A stretch of DNA of 64,000 bases, from contig JAFUOZ010000041.1 of the NCBI GenBank assembly GCA_017481565.1, positions 12,351 to 76,350 on the forward strand. The letters are read 5' to 3'. Position 1 is the stretch's first letter. Each line of letters opens with the position of its first letter. Shown piece by piece: positions 27,581 through 36,390 of the stretch. The notes under the pieces were generated by a model. It worked only from the letters and a program-made list of their open reading frames with translations, had not been told where the DNA came from and did no database searches. This DNA is from Oscillospiraceae bacterium. GTDB lineage: Bacteria > Bacillota > Clostridia > Oscillospirales > Ruminococcaceae. The position numbers and the translations under genes are program-made.

Positions 27581-29017
27581 TCAAAGCTCAACAGGTTCAA
27601 ATCTGATACGAACAGAGGGAGCCTTTTCAATAGTAGCATAGTAATTCTCTGCCCAGTCATCACCCTGTGAGGGGTCGTTCTCACCACTTGCGGGAGGTGC
27701 AAAGATCTTAAGTGTCATATCACATTCGCCTGTTAAGGGCTTTTCAAAGAATGCACCCATAAGATCAATAGTTTTTGCTTCGGGGGACTTGTAGAACCAC
27801 TTGCCGTTAAGCTCCATCATGTAGTTGCCGTCGTCCTCGAATACCACCTCGCAGAAATGAGGATTCTTTTCAAAATGGAGAGGTATCTCAATACCCTCAG
27901 CATCCTCAGCGCCGCCCCAACGGAGCTTAGCGGGGAACTGTGCCTCGCCCTCAGTCTTCATTTCGGGCATGAACCAGTCTGAATGGATGATCTCCTTGTA
28001 TGTTCTGAGCAGCGGCTGTTCGATACCAACCTCAGAGTTGTTGGGATCCTCTATTTCAAGACCCAGACGGCCTCTGTCCCTGAACTGATACATTGTAAAT
28101 GATGTGAACCATTCAGCCTTGTCATTTACTAAGATATCGCAGAATTCCTTTACCATGTCAGCCTGCTCGTAAGGACCTGTTACATCTCCGTCAGAGTTGA
28201 ATTCAGCCATGCTCATAGGCTTGCCCTCGCCGCCGTTAAGGAACTTGAAGCGCTCATAGCTTGCCTTTGTCTTGTCGTAGGTATCCTGAACCTTGCTTCT
28301 GGAGTGAGAATTTCCGCCTCTTTCGGCAACATCATAGGGCCAGCCCCAGTGGAGAGCCATATACTTGTCAACGCTCCACATATCAGCAGCGGGAACAACA
28401 CACCTGAACTCCTCTTCCATTTCCATTTCGGTCTTGTTAAGATCCTCGATACCGCCGATGCACATAAGTGTCTTTACGTTAGGGGCATATTCGTGGATAA
28501 TATCGGAGAAGTGTACAAAGAACTCGGCAACCTCCTTGTAGGAAGCACGCTTTGTAAAGGAGAACCAGTTGCCTGTTGCTTCGTGGTTTATTCTTAAGAT
28601 CATTCTGCCAAAGGTGCTCAGATCCTTGGCGATAGCGATAAGATGCTCGTCCTCTAAGGTAGGATCTATAGTAAGAGTAAGAGTAACGTCCTGACCGTGA
28701 CGGCGTACATCTCTCATGCAGGTAAAGGGTTCGTCATCAAGTGTACCGTTAAGACCGCCCTTGTATGTAAAGTAATCATCATATGGAAAATCCCATGCAA
28801 AGCTTACATCGGGAGAAGCGTGTACTACCGACGCTCTGCCGGGCCAGCCTGCATCCTTGGGATAGTAGCAGTACATAAGGCTGATGCTGCGGTGAGGTCT
28901 GCCCAGCTTTGAGATGATATAGTCCTGATTTACATATTCTCCTCTTTCGGAACCATCGCCTAAGTCAACAGCGCACTTTGCCTTGCCCATATGGATCTTG
29001 TAGATATTCTCGCTCAT
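27581..29017 (-). CDS. putative clan GH-A (TIM-barrel) glycoside hydrolase, GH26-like signature; cytoplasmic
   Basis: ATG 29017 is preceded by AGGAGGAA (the track ORF starts 20 codons earlier). RINHEATGNWFSF resembles the GH26 acid/base strand (..HE..G.WFWW). MSMAEFNS is a candidate nucleophile strand. The C-terminal ~150 aa look like a beta-sandwich. Family assignment is tentative. Confidence 0.7.
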   Translation of the reverse strand: MSENIYKIHMGKAKCAVDLGDGSERGEYVNQDYIISKLGRPHRSISLMYCYYPKDAGWPGRASVVHASPDVSFAWDFPYDDYFTYKGGLNGTLDDEPFTCMRDVRRHGQDVTLTLTIDPTLEDEHLIAIAKDLSTFGRMILRINHEATGNWFSFTKRASYKEVAEFFVHFSDIIHEYAPNVKTLMCIGGIEDLNKTEMEMEEEFRCVVPAADMWSVDKYMALHWGWPYDVAERGGNSHSRSKVQDTYDKTKASYERFKFLNGGEGKPMSMAEFNSDGDVTGPYEQADMVKEFCDILVNDKAEWFTSFTMYQFRDRGRLGLEIEDPNNSEVGIEQPLLRTYKEIIHSDWFMPEMKTEGEAQFPAKLRWGGAEDAEGIEIPLHFEKNPHFCEVVFEDDGNYMMELNGKWFYKSPEAKTIDLMGAFFEKPLTGECDMTLKIFAPPASGENDPSQGDDWAENYYATIEKAPSVRIRFEPVEL

Positions 29018-29124
29018 TTTAATTCCTCCTGAACCTATATTATGTGATCTGTAAAATTTCCCAAAAAAGCAATACATAAAAATGTATTATTTTCATAAGA
29101 TAACGTTTTCATGTCCGAATACAT

Positions 29125-29150
29125 AAAAAGCGGAAATGCTCCGCTTTTTA
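29125..29150. terminator. small bidirectional terminator hairpin
   Basis: AAAAAGCGGA-AATGC-TCCGCTTTTT. Confidence 0.6.
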
Positions 29151-29241
29151 TAAATAACTCTCATGTAATACATTATAACCTATAAAGATTAATGGGTCAA
29201 CTATAAAATATTAATTATTAGCTGTTAATTATTGACTATAT

Positions 29242-29706
29242 TTACTTTCCCTTTGTTTTTGTCTTAAGTGCCGCCCTTGTGCGCTTTACCTCGGTAAGAG
29301 ATGCGGTGAGAGCAGTTTCGGATTCAGCAAGTATGCTGTTGATATAATCATAAGCTGACTCACGGAGCATTTTTGATTTGGTCTGTGCCTGTGTGATAAG
29401 CTCGATGCCCTGACTGTGAGCGCGCTTTGTTATTGCATCGTTTGAAACAAGAAGCTTTGCACGCTCCTCTGCCTTCTGAACGATCGTTTCGGCTTCCTTT
29501 TTGGCACCTGCGATAATAGCGTCCCTGTCCTCAAGAATACGCTTGGACATACGTATTTCCTGTGGGAGAGAGGCTCTTCCCTCATTGATAAGATCCTTTA
29601 TCTTGTCACTGTTGACGGTAACTCTTCCCGAAGAAAAGGGCATTAATCTTGCTGAGTCTATAATATCCTCGATTTCCGAAAGAACCTGTTCGATATCCTT
29701 GCTCAC
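29242..29706 (-). CDS. hypothetical coiled-coil protein
   Basis: 154 aa, helical and charged (AGAKKEAETIVQKAEERAKLLV...). Lies immediately downstream of coaD on the same strand. Confidence 0.7.
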   Translation of the reverse strand: MSKDIEQVLSEIEDIIDSARLMPFSSGRVTVNSDKIKDLINEGRASLPQEIRMSKRILEDRDAIIAGAKKEAETIVQKAEERAKLLVSNDAITKRAHSQGIELITQAQTKSKMLRESAYDYINSILAESETALTASLTEVKRTRAALKTKTKGK

Positions 29707-29724
29707 GATGATCTTCCTTTCATA

Positions 29725-30222
29725 TTAATAAGGCTTTTTCAGCAGCCTTTTTTCGATATCGGGGAGTATGCAAAGAGGAACGAACCTGCTTATATCTCCT
29801 CCGAAGGCTGCAACCTGCTTTACAACGCTGGAGCTGAGGTACATATTTTCAGTGGCTGTGGTAAGAAATACAGTTTCCGCTTCCGAATAAAGACTGCGGT
29901 TTACCAAAGCCATCTGAAATTCATATTCAAAATCGGTCACGGCACGAAGTCCCTTGACTATCGCCACCGCACCTACATTTTTCACATAATCTGCGATAAG
30001 TCCGTCACATATATCCACAACAACATTATCAAGACCGCAGTCGTTTATAGCCTTGTGAATGAGCATCACTCTTTCTTCAGGTGAGAAGCTGGGGTTTTTT
30101 GCGGCATTCACCGAAACAAGAACGATAACTCTGTCAAAAAGAACTGATGCACGTCTGATAATATCCATATGGCCTAATGTGATCGGGTCAAAGCTGCCCG
30201 GACATACTGCTATTCGTCTCAT
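29725..30222 (-). CDS. coaD: phosphopantetheine adenylyltransferase
   Basis: AVCPGSFDPITLGHMDII (T/HxGH motif), 165 aa. Confidence 0.94.
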   Translation of the reverse strand: MRRIAVCPGSFDPITLGHMDIIRRASVLFDRVIVLVSVNAAKNPSFSPEERVMLIHKAINDCGLDNVVVDICDGLIADYVKNVGAVAIVKGLRAVTDFEYEFQMALVNRSLYSEAETVFLTTATENMYLSSSVVKQVAAFGGDISRFVPLCILPDIEKRLLKKPY

Positions 30223-30227
30223 TTATA

Positions 30228-30779
30228 TCAGCCTTCTTCATTAAACGGTACTCTGTATACGGTAAGCTCGACCTTTCCGTAGCGGTAGGTCTTTTTCTTT
30301 TTCAGCCTTCCGTATTCATCGGGGAGAACGAGTCCTTTTTCGTGTTCACATACAACGATACCTCTTTCGGACATTCTCGGTTCGAGAAGAGGAAGCACTT
30401 TTTCGTGAAGTCCCATGTTATAGGGCGGGTCAAGAAGTGCTATATCAAATGTATGGCGTGAGCTTTTCAGAAAATCAATGCTGTCAAGATTGGCAACATA
30501 GGAAATATCCTTAAAGCCTGCAGCATTTACATTTTCCCTTGTAATATCAGCGGCTTCTCTGTTCTTGTCTATGAAACGGCAATACTTTGCACCTCTTGAA
30601 AGAGCCTCGATGCCAAGCTGACCTGAGCCGCTGAAAAGGTCAAGTATCTCTGAGCCGTCAATATCAAACTGTATTATAGAGAAGATGGACTCCTTCACCA
30701 TATCGGTAGTGGGGCGTACATCTGTACCCTCTAAGGTCTTGAGTTTTCTGCCCCTTGCAGAACCTGTTATTACACGCAT
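30228..30779 (-). CDS. rsmD: 16S rRNA (guanine966-N2)-methyltransferase
   Basis: MRVITGSARGRKL..., LDLFSGSGQLGIEALSRGA, DPPY. ATG 30779 is preceded by AGGAG (the track ORF opens at TTG 30809). Confidence 0.9.
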   Translation of the reverse strand: MRVITGSARGRKLKTLEGTDVRPTTDMVKESIFSIIQFDIDGSEILDLFSGSGQLGIEALSRGAKYCRFIDKNREAADITRENVNAAGFKDISYVANLDSIDFLKSSRHTFDIALLDPPYNMGLHEKVLPLLEPRMSERGIVVCEHEKGLVLPDEYGRLKKKKTYRYGKVELTVYRVPFNEEG

Positions 30780-30965
30780 AATTATCTCCTGTTTTATATC
30801 TGTTTCCAAAAAGTATTACAAAATGATTACATATTATATATTATAACCGATTAATTCCGATTTGTCTATACCAAAAATTAAAATTAACATAATCAAGTGT
30901 AAAAAATAATATTAAAAGAAGGCTTTTTATTGGTAAAAATGACAAAATTGTAATAATTATAACAG

Positions 30966-31010
30966 AAAAAATCCCTGCGGACAGCTTTATATGCTCCGCA
31001 GGGACAGTTT
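30966..31010 (-). terminator. rho-independent terminator after coaX
   Basis: CCCTGCGGA (30973-30981) / TCCGCAGGG (30995-31003). T-run on the minus strand. Confidence 0.75.
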
Positions 31011-31020
31011 TGTATTGTAT

Positions 31021-31791
31021 TTAGTTGTTTATATTCTTATTGTAGATTATCATAAGCCCCTTTAAAAGCAGCTCGTCATCCAGGATTATCTCCTCACGGC
31101 AGAGGGGGACTACTGTTCCCGCAAGTCCGCCTGTTGCAACGACGGTGTGCTTTTTTCCCATGGCCTCATTGATACGGTTTATGATACCGTCCATTGAAGC
31201 GGCTGTACCGTAAAGCATACCGCTTTTCATACAATCTATGGTGTTTGTGCCGACTATTCTCTTTGGCGGCTCTAAGCTTATTTTCGGCAGCTGAGATGTT
31301 CTGCCTGTAAGAGAATCAAGGGAAACTCTCATTCCGGGCATTATCATACCGCCAAGATAATTCTTGTTTTCATCGATGACTGAGACTGTATTTGCCGTTC
31401 CCATATCGAAGATTATCAGCGGCAGGGGATATTCGTTTATACCTGCAACTGCGTCCACAACAAGATCGCTTCCAAGCTGTGCGGGATTATCTATAACTAT
31501 GCTGAGTCCTGTTTTTATTCCGGGACCGACAACCATTGCGGTCTTACCTGTTATCTTGGCGATCGCACCCTTTACGGTAAGTGTTACCGAGGGCACTACC
31601 GATGAAATGATAGCTCCGCTTATGCTTTCCGGCTTTATATCGTAAAGCTCCAGCACGGTCTTGAAGGACATTGCATATTCCAGTTCGGTTGCGGTATGAT
31701 TTGTGGAGATCCTTTCCACAAACTGTATTTTGCCGTCTGAAGAGCAGCCTGTTACGATATTTGAGTTTCCTATATCAACTGCGATGACCAT
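31021..31791 (-). CDS. coaX: type III pantothenate kinase
   Basis: MVIAVDIGNSNIV, IIFDMGTANT, VVATGGLA. Confidence 0.92.
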   Translation of the reverse strand: MVIAVDIGNSNIVTGCSSDGKIQFVERISTNHTATELEYAMSFKTVLELYDIKPESISGAIISSVVPSVTLTVKGAIAKITGKTAMVVGPGIKTGLSIVIDNPAQLGSDLVVDAVAGINEYPLPLIIFDMGTANTVSVIDENKNYLGGMIMPGMRVSLDSLTGRTSQLPKISLEPPKRIVGTNTIDCMKSGMLYGTAASMDGIINRINEAMGKKHTVVATGGLAGTVVPLCREEIILDDELLLKGLMIIYNKNINN

Positions 31792-31832
31792 ATCTGTATT
31801 TCCTTTGTATTATAGTATTTATATAGTATATA

Positions 31833-32474
31833 TTAAGCGGCTTCTGCTTTTGCAGTGCTTATGGGTGTGATAAGTCTTGCCTTAAGAAGAGCAGTACCTA
31901 CTGCACCCGATACAAGTGTAGAAGCGATCATTTCGGTAACAGCGTTGATACCTACAAATGCGCAGATAAATACCAGTACGTTTCTGCCTGCCATAAGCTC
32001 GGTAACATATTCGGTATTTCCGAAAAGTCCTACCAGTGAGAGCATGAAAAGTGCTGTATTGAAAAATGCTGTGCACAGACCTGTTACAAAGCAGCCTGTG
32101 ACCTTTCCTGCTGTGCCTGTGGACTTTGAGCAGATAAGACGGTATACCCAGCCTGCAAGGAAGCCTGTGAGCACACGGGGGATAAACCTCTGAACAAATG
32201 CAAGAATAGGATTTATCTCAAAGAGGATAACGCCCATTGCGCTTGTTCCGCCTACGCCGATGCACTGTAAAAAGCTTGTGATACCGAAAACAGCTCCTAC
32301 GGCAGCTCCGCCTGCAGGGCCAAGCGCTATCGCAGCTATGGCAACGGGTATGATGTTCATTGTAATGGCAAGAGGGCCTATATTAAGGTAGCCCAGAGGG
32401 GTGTAAGCCATTACCAGCAGTACTGCCGTAAGTACGCCCAGCAGTACCAGATCTTTGGTTTTTGAGTTTCTCAT
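31833..32474 (-). CDS. ECF-transporter substrate-specific (S) component; possibly pantothenate-specific given adjacency to coaX
   Basis: 213 aa, about 6 TM helices, Gly/Ala-rich. ATG 32474 is preceded by AAGGAGGAA. The substrate is inferred from context only. Confidence 0.75.
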   Translation of the reverse strand: MRNSKTKDLVLLGVLTAVLLVMAYTPLGYLNIGPLAITMNIIPVAIAAIALGPAGGAAVGAVFGITSFLQCIGVGGTSAMGVILFEINPILAFVQRFIPRVLTGFLAGWVYRLICSKSTGTAGKVTGCFVTGLCTAFFNTALFMLSLVGLFGNTEYVTELMAGRNVLVFICAFVGINAVTEMIASTLVSGAVGTALLKARLITPISTAKAEAA

Positions 32475-32685
32475 AAAAAATTCCTCCTTGTTATTATTCC
32501 TCTTAAAGAGGATACAATACAATACTTTTTCATTATATCATACTTTTCAGGGTTTTTCAATAGGCATATTATCAGTTTTTTTTATGAGTTGTGGGAAATA
32601 ACAAATTAAAGGTTTAAAATTTCATGTTGAAAACGTTTTTTTATATATAATATACACAAAATGTACCAAAGATGAATAAATAATG

Positions 32686-32714
32686 TTGACAAAATTGTTT
32701 ATTTATGCTATTAT
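32686..32714 (+). promoter_or_regulatory. candidate sigma-A promoter for the PAS-GGDEF-EAL gene
   Basis: TTGACA, 17-nt spacer, TATTAT. Confidence 0.4.
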
Positions 32715-32757
32715 TATAATATTATAGAATGAAATAATATCGAATTTGTCACTGTAC

Positions 32758-34464
32758 ATGAAGAAAGCTGGTCATAATATGGATGCTATTCTAAATAAAT
32801 TTGACTCCAAGCTTTTTGATTCGCTCTCAAAAAGTTCGAGCCGACTGTATTTTTATTATTCGGATATGAAAACGAATACTGCCACCTGGTCGGAATCGGC
32901 AGTGGAATATTTCGGGCTGCCCTCACAGGTGCTTGCACCGGGAACTATATGGGATGAGCGTGTTCACCCCGATGATCTGGAAGTATATCAGAAAAGCTTT
33001 GAAGCGATGATAAAGGGTGAGACCCCTTATCATAACTGTGAATACAGGGCAAAAAATGCCGAGGGAAATTATGTGTGGGTAAATTGTCTGGGTTATATGA
33101 CCTACAATGAGGACGGTTCTCCCGACTTTTTTGCAGGCTTTGTTACAAATATGGGAACCGTCAACAAAATAGATTCCGTTACGGGACTTCGTACCGTAAA
33201 TGTATTCAGAAGCGATCTTGACAGGCTGTTTTCCGAGAAAATATGCGGTGCGGCTGTTCAGATAGATATTGATAATTTCAAGCGTATCAATTCAAGATAC
33301 GGCTATGATTTCGGCGATAAGGTGCTATATGCCATAGGCAGCAAGGTCGCTGAAATAGCAGGCAATCCCGGCAGGGTATACCGTGCCGACGGCGCACAGT
33401 TTGCTGTTATCTTCAAGGATATATGTGAAACCCGTGTAACAAGGAACTTTCTCACGGATTTCCACAGATCCATGAAAAATGCTCTGGAACAGATAAGAGT
33501 AAACGGAATTACTCTCCGTTTTGAATTCAAAATGGGTGTTACTCTTTTCCCCACCGACGGGGACTGTATAGATCAGATACAGAACAATATCTATTATGCC
33601 ATTGAAAATGCGAAAAATACAAAATCAGATGCTCCTGTTTTTTACAGTGAGGAGCTTTATGCCAAGAGAAATGAACATATAAGGCTTACAGATGCTGTAA
33701 GGACAAGCGTTGAAAATCACATAGAGGGCTTCAGGATAGTTCTTCAGCCTATAATAGATGCGGAAACAGGAAAGCTCAGCTCTGCGGAGGCTCTTCTCCG
33801 CTGGAGAAATCCCGCTTTCCCCAAAGCAAGTCCTATGGATTTTATCCCTATTCTTGAGGAATCCAGAAATATCGTTCCCGTAGGCAAGTGGATAATCGAT
33901 ACTGCTCTTCGCACCGTTGCGGAATGGTCAAAGATAGATACTCCCGTAAAGCTTAAGCATATCAACATGAATTTCTCCTACATTCAGTTCATGGACGAAT
34001 CTCTGGAGGATTATGTAGTTGAAAAGCTTGATGAATACGGTCTTCCCAGAAATACACTTATTGCCGAGCTGACCGAAAGCTGCCGGGTTGAATATACCGA
34101 TAAGCTTGCGAAAATATTGCAGAAATTCCACGATGACGGTATACAGATCGCTCTGGACGATTTCGGTACAGGCTATGCGTCGCTTATGGTGCTTAAGGAT
34201 ATCCCTGCGGATATAGTCAAGATAGACCATACCATGACAAGGACCATAAGAAATCGTGAAAAAGACAGAAATATCGTTGAATTTATAATAGCCTACTGCA
34301 ATAATATGGATATTGACGTATGCACTGAGGGCGTTGAGACCGATGAGATCCTGGGCGTTGTAAAGACTGCAGGCGCAAAGTATATCCAGGGTTATTACTA
34401 TGACAAACCACTGGAGCTGGACGAATTCTTCGAGAAATATCTTAAAAACGGATATACATTGTAA
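32758..34464 (+). CDS. PAS / degenerate GGDEF / EAL protein (likely c-di-GMP phosphodiesterase)
   Basis: EAL-domain motifs AEALLRWR, ELTES, DDFGTGYASL, KIDHTM, EGVET are intact. The GGDEF site reads RADGAQF (degenerate). Start ambiguous (ATG 32758 or 32779). Confidence 0.88.
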   Translation: MKKAGHNMDAILNKFDSKLFDSLSKSSSRLYFYYSDMKTNTATWSESAVEYFGLPSQVLAPGTIWDERVHPDDLEVYQKSFEAMIKGETPYHNCEYRAKNAEGNYVWVNCLGYMTYNEDGSPDFFAGFVTNMGTVNKIDSVTGLRTVNVFRSDLDRLFSEKICGAAVQIDIDNFKRINSRYGYDFGDKVLYAIGSKVAEIAGNPGRVYRADGAQFAVIFKDICETRVTRNFLTDFHRSMKNALEQIRVNGITLRFEFKMGVTLFPTDGDCIDQIQNNIYYAIENAKNTKSDAPVFYSEELYAKRNEHIRLTDAVRTSVENHIEGFRIVLQPIIDAETGKLSSAEALLRWRNPAFPKASPMDFIPILEESRNIVPVGKWIIDTALRTVAEWSKIDTPVKLKHINMNFSYIQFMDESLEDYVVEKLDEYGLPRNTLIAELTESCRVEYTDKLAKILQKFHDDGIQIALDDFGTGYASLMVLKDIPADIVKIDHTMTRTIRNREKDRNIVEFIIAYCNNMDIDVCTEGVETDEILGVVKTAGAKYIQGYYYDKPLELDEFFEKYLKNGYTL

Positions 34465-34493
34465 ATTTAAAATTGACCATTGCTTTTTTAGTG

Positions 34494-34530
34494 AAACCGT
34501 TCCGATGCCTTTCGGAGCGGTTTTGTTTTT
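34494..34530 (+). terminator. rho-independent terminator
   Basis: AAACCGTTCCGA / TCGGAGCGGTTT stem followed by TGTTTTT. Confidence 0.8.
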
Positions 34531-34660
34531 GTGATTATATGAGTTTATCTGAAAAAATAGAAAAAAACGGAAAAAGTTTAAGAAGTCTTTATAAATTCTA
34601 AAAAAGATATTGTATAATAGAGCGTTAAAAAATTGTATAATGTATAGTGTATATTAGAAT

Positions 34661-34700
34661 AATAGCGTATAGTTATTGATAATAGCATATAGTTATTGAA
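34661..34700 (+). promoter_or_regulatory. tandem 20-bp direct repeat upstream of the GH9-like gene (candidate operator)
   Basis: AATAGCGTATAGTTATTGAT / AATAGCATATAGTTATTGAA (18/20 identical), ending 36 nt before the ATG. Two ATTGTATAAT boxes lie just upstream. Confidence 0.45.
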
Positions 34701-34735
34701 ATGTGGATGTATACCGTGAAGGGAGGCGGCGGATA

Positions 34736-36370
34736 ATGCGCAAAAAAATATATATAAGCAGCTGCGGCTATGCTGTGGGCGCAAAAAAGACCGCCGTTTG
34801 TCTTACGGGCGGTGACGGCTTTGTACTTGAAAATGTTAAAACAGGAGAGCCTGTCTACAGGGGCAGGCTGTCACCCTCTTATGAGGATACCGAATCGGGA
34901 GATGTTGTACGTATTGCCGATTTTTCCGATTTCGATATTCCCGGTGAATATTGTATCAAGTGCGGCTTCAGACGCTCACAGAGCTTTGAAATAGGCGTTG
35001 GGATATATAGCTGGATTAAGGATATCATTCTTGACGGAATGTATCTTAACCGATGCGGCTGTGAGCCTATGTCCGATGAAGGCGCAGCCCTTTATAAGAA
35101 TTTTTTACATAAAAAATGTCATACGGGTCTTACTCCTATGTTTTTCGGCGGTCAGATGATAGACGCTTCAGGCGGCTGGCACTGCGGCGGCGGCTTTGGA
35201 AAGTATGTTACAATAACCGCTCTCACCTGTGCGGCTATGCTTTATGCATACAGACTTTACCCCGAAAGCTTTACCGAGGAGGTCGGAAATACTCCCAAGA
35301 TAATAAACGAATGCAGATGGGGACTTGAATGGCTCCTGAGAATGCAGAGTGCGGACGGCGGCATATACCATAAATGTGATACGGCGGTTCATTCCGATGA
35401 ATTATCATCGGTTTCAAGCAAGGATGAGGAATATTATGTTTTCCCCGAATCCTGTCAGGCGGCAGTGCTTTTTACTGCTGTTACCGCTCTTGCAGCAAGA
35501 GTATTTGAAGAATTTGACCGTTCCTTTTCAAAAAAACTCAGCCGTGCTGCTTCAAATTCATGGCTGTGGATAGCAAACAGTGACAGCTATGAGCCGTGGG
35601 AGCTTCCTACAGGGGCAAAGCCGGGCGGATTGGGGGATATCCCCGATAATGATGATAATGACGATTATATCTGGGCGATGTGCGAGCTTTACGAGCTTAC
35701 GGGCGATGAATTGTTCCACAAGAAATTTGCGGATATGGTCTACTATACCGATACCACAGGCTTTTCAGTGAATAATACAGGCGGCTTTGCGGCACTTTCG
35801 TATATAATGGGTACAGAGAAAAAGGACCCTACCATTCTTTTCTATATCAAGAAAAAATTCGGCGACCGTGCCGATAAGCTTGCGGCGGCTTCGGAAAGAG
35901 ACGGATATGGCTCTGCTTTAGGTGCAAAGCCGAATTTTGCAGGCTATGATATGCTTTCAAATATGACTGTTATTTCCGATTGTCTTATATGTCAGACCGC
36001 ATATATGCTCTTCGGACTGCAAAAATATATAGATGCCGCTTCTATGGCTTTACAGTATCTTATGGGTAAAAATCCTATGGGTGTGACCTATATCACAGGT
36101 GTTTCGGAGGATAGTCCCGAACGTCCCCGTCACAGTATTTCATATAAGTGCGGCGAAAGTGTTCCCGGAATGATAGTCTGCGGAGCAAACTATTTCAGGA
36201 ATGATGAATTTTCACGCTGGAGGCTTGGCAAGCATACGCCCCCTGCCAAGTGCTATATTGACAATGAATGCAGTGTATCCACCAATGAACCATATATAAG
36301 CTTCGCTGCTGCGGCGCTTATGGCATTTGCATTCTTTGACCGTAACGGAAGCGGACAGCTTCCCAAGTAA
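34736..36370 (+). CDS. GH9-like protein with N-terminal Ig-like (CelD_N-type) domain; catalytic DAGD motif not conserved
   Basis: ATG 34736 after AGGGAGG. N-terminal pattern GY..G.KK.A......F.L......V..G.L......SGDVVRIADFSDF..PGEY. (alpha/alpha)6-type core with GGWHCGGGFGKY where GH9 has GGW[HY]DAGD..K[YF]. C-terminal ..YIDNE...STNEPYISFAAA. No signal peptide. Confidence 0.82.
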   Translation: MRKKIYISSCGYAVGAKKTAVCLTGGDGFVLENVKTGEPVYRGRLSPSYEDTESGDVVRIADFSDFDIPGEYCIKCGFRRSQSFEIGVGIYSWIKDIILDGMYLNRCGCEPMSDEGAALYKNFLHKKCHTGLTPMFFGGQMIDASGGWHCGGGFGKYVTITALTCAAMLYAYRLYPESFTEEVGNTPKIINECRWGLEWLLRMQSADGGIYHKCDTAVHSDELSSVSSKDEEYYVFPESCQAAVLFTAVTALAARVFEEFDRSFSKKLSRAASNSWLWIANSDSYEPWELPTGAKPGGLGDIPDNDDNDDYIWAMCELYELTGDELFHKKFADMVYYTDTTGFSVNNTGGFAALSYIMGTEKKDPTILFYIKKKFGDRADKLAAASERDGYGSALGAKPNFAGYDMLSNMTVISDCLICQTAYMLFGLQKYIDAASMALQYLMGKNPMGVTYITGVSEDSPERPRHSISYKCGESVPGMIVCGANYFRNDEFSRWRLGKHTPPAKCYIDNECSVSTNEPYISFAAAALMAFAFFDRNGSGQLPK

Positions 36371-36390
36371 ATATGAGAGGATAATATAAA

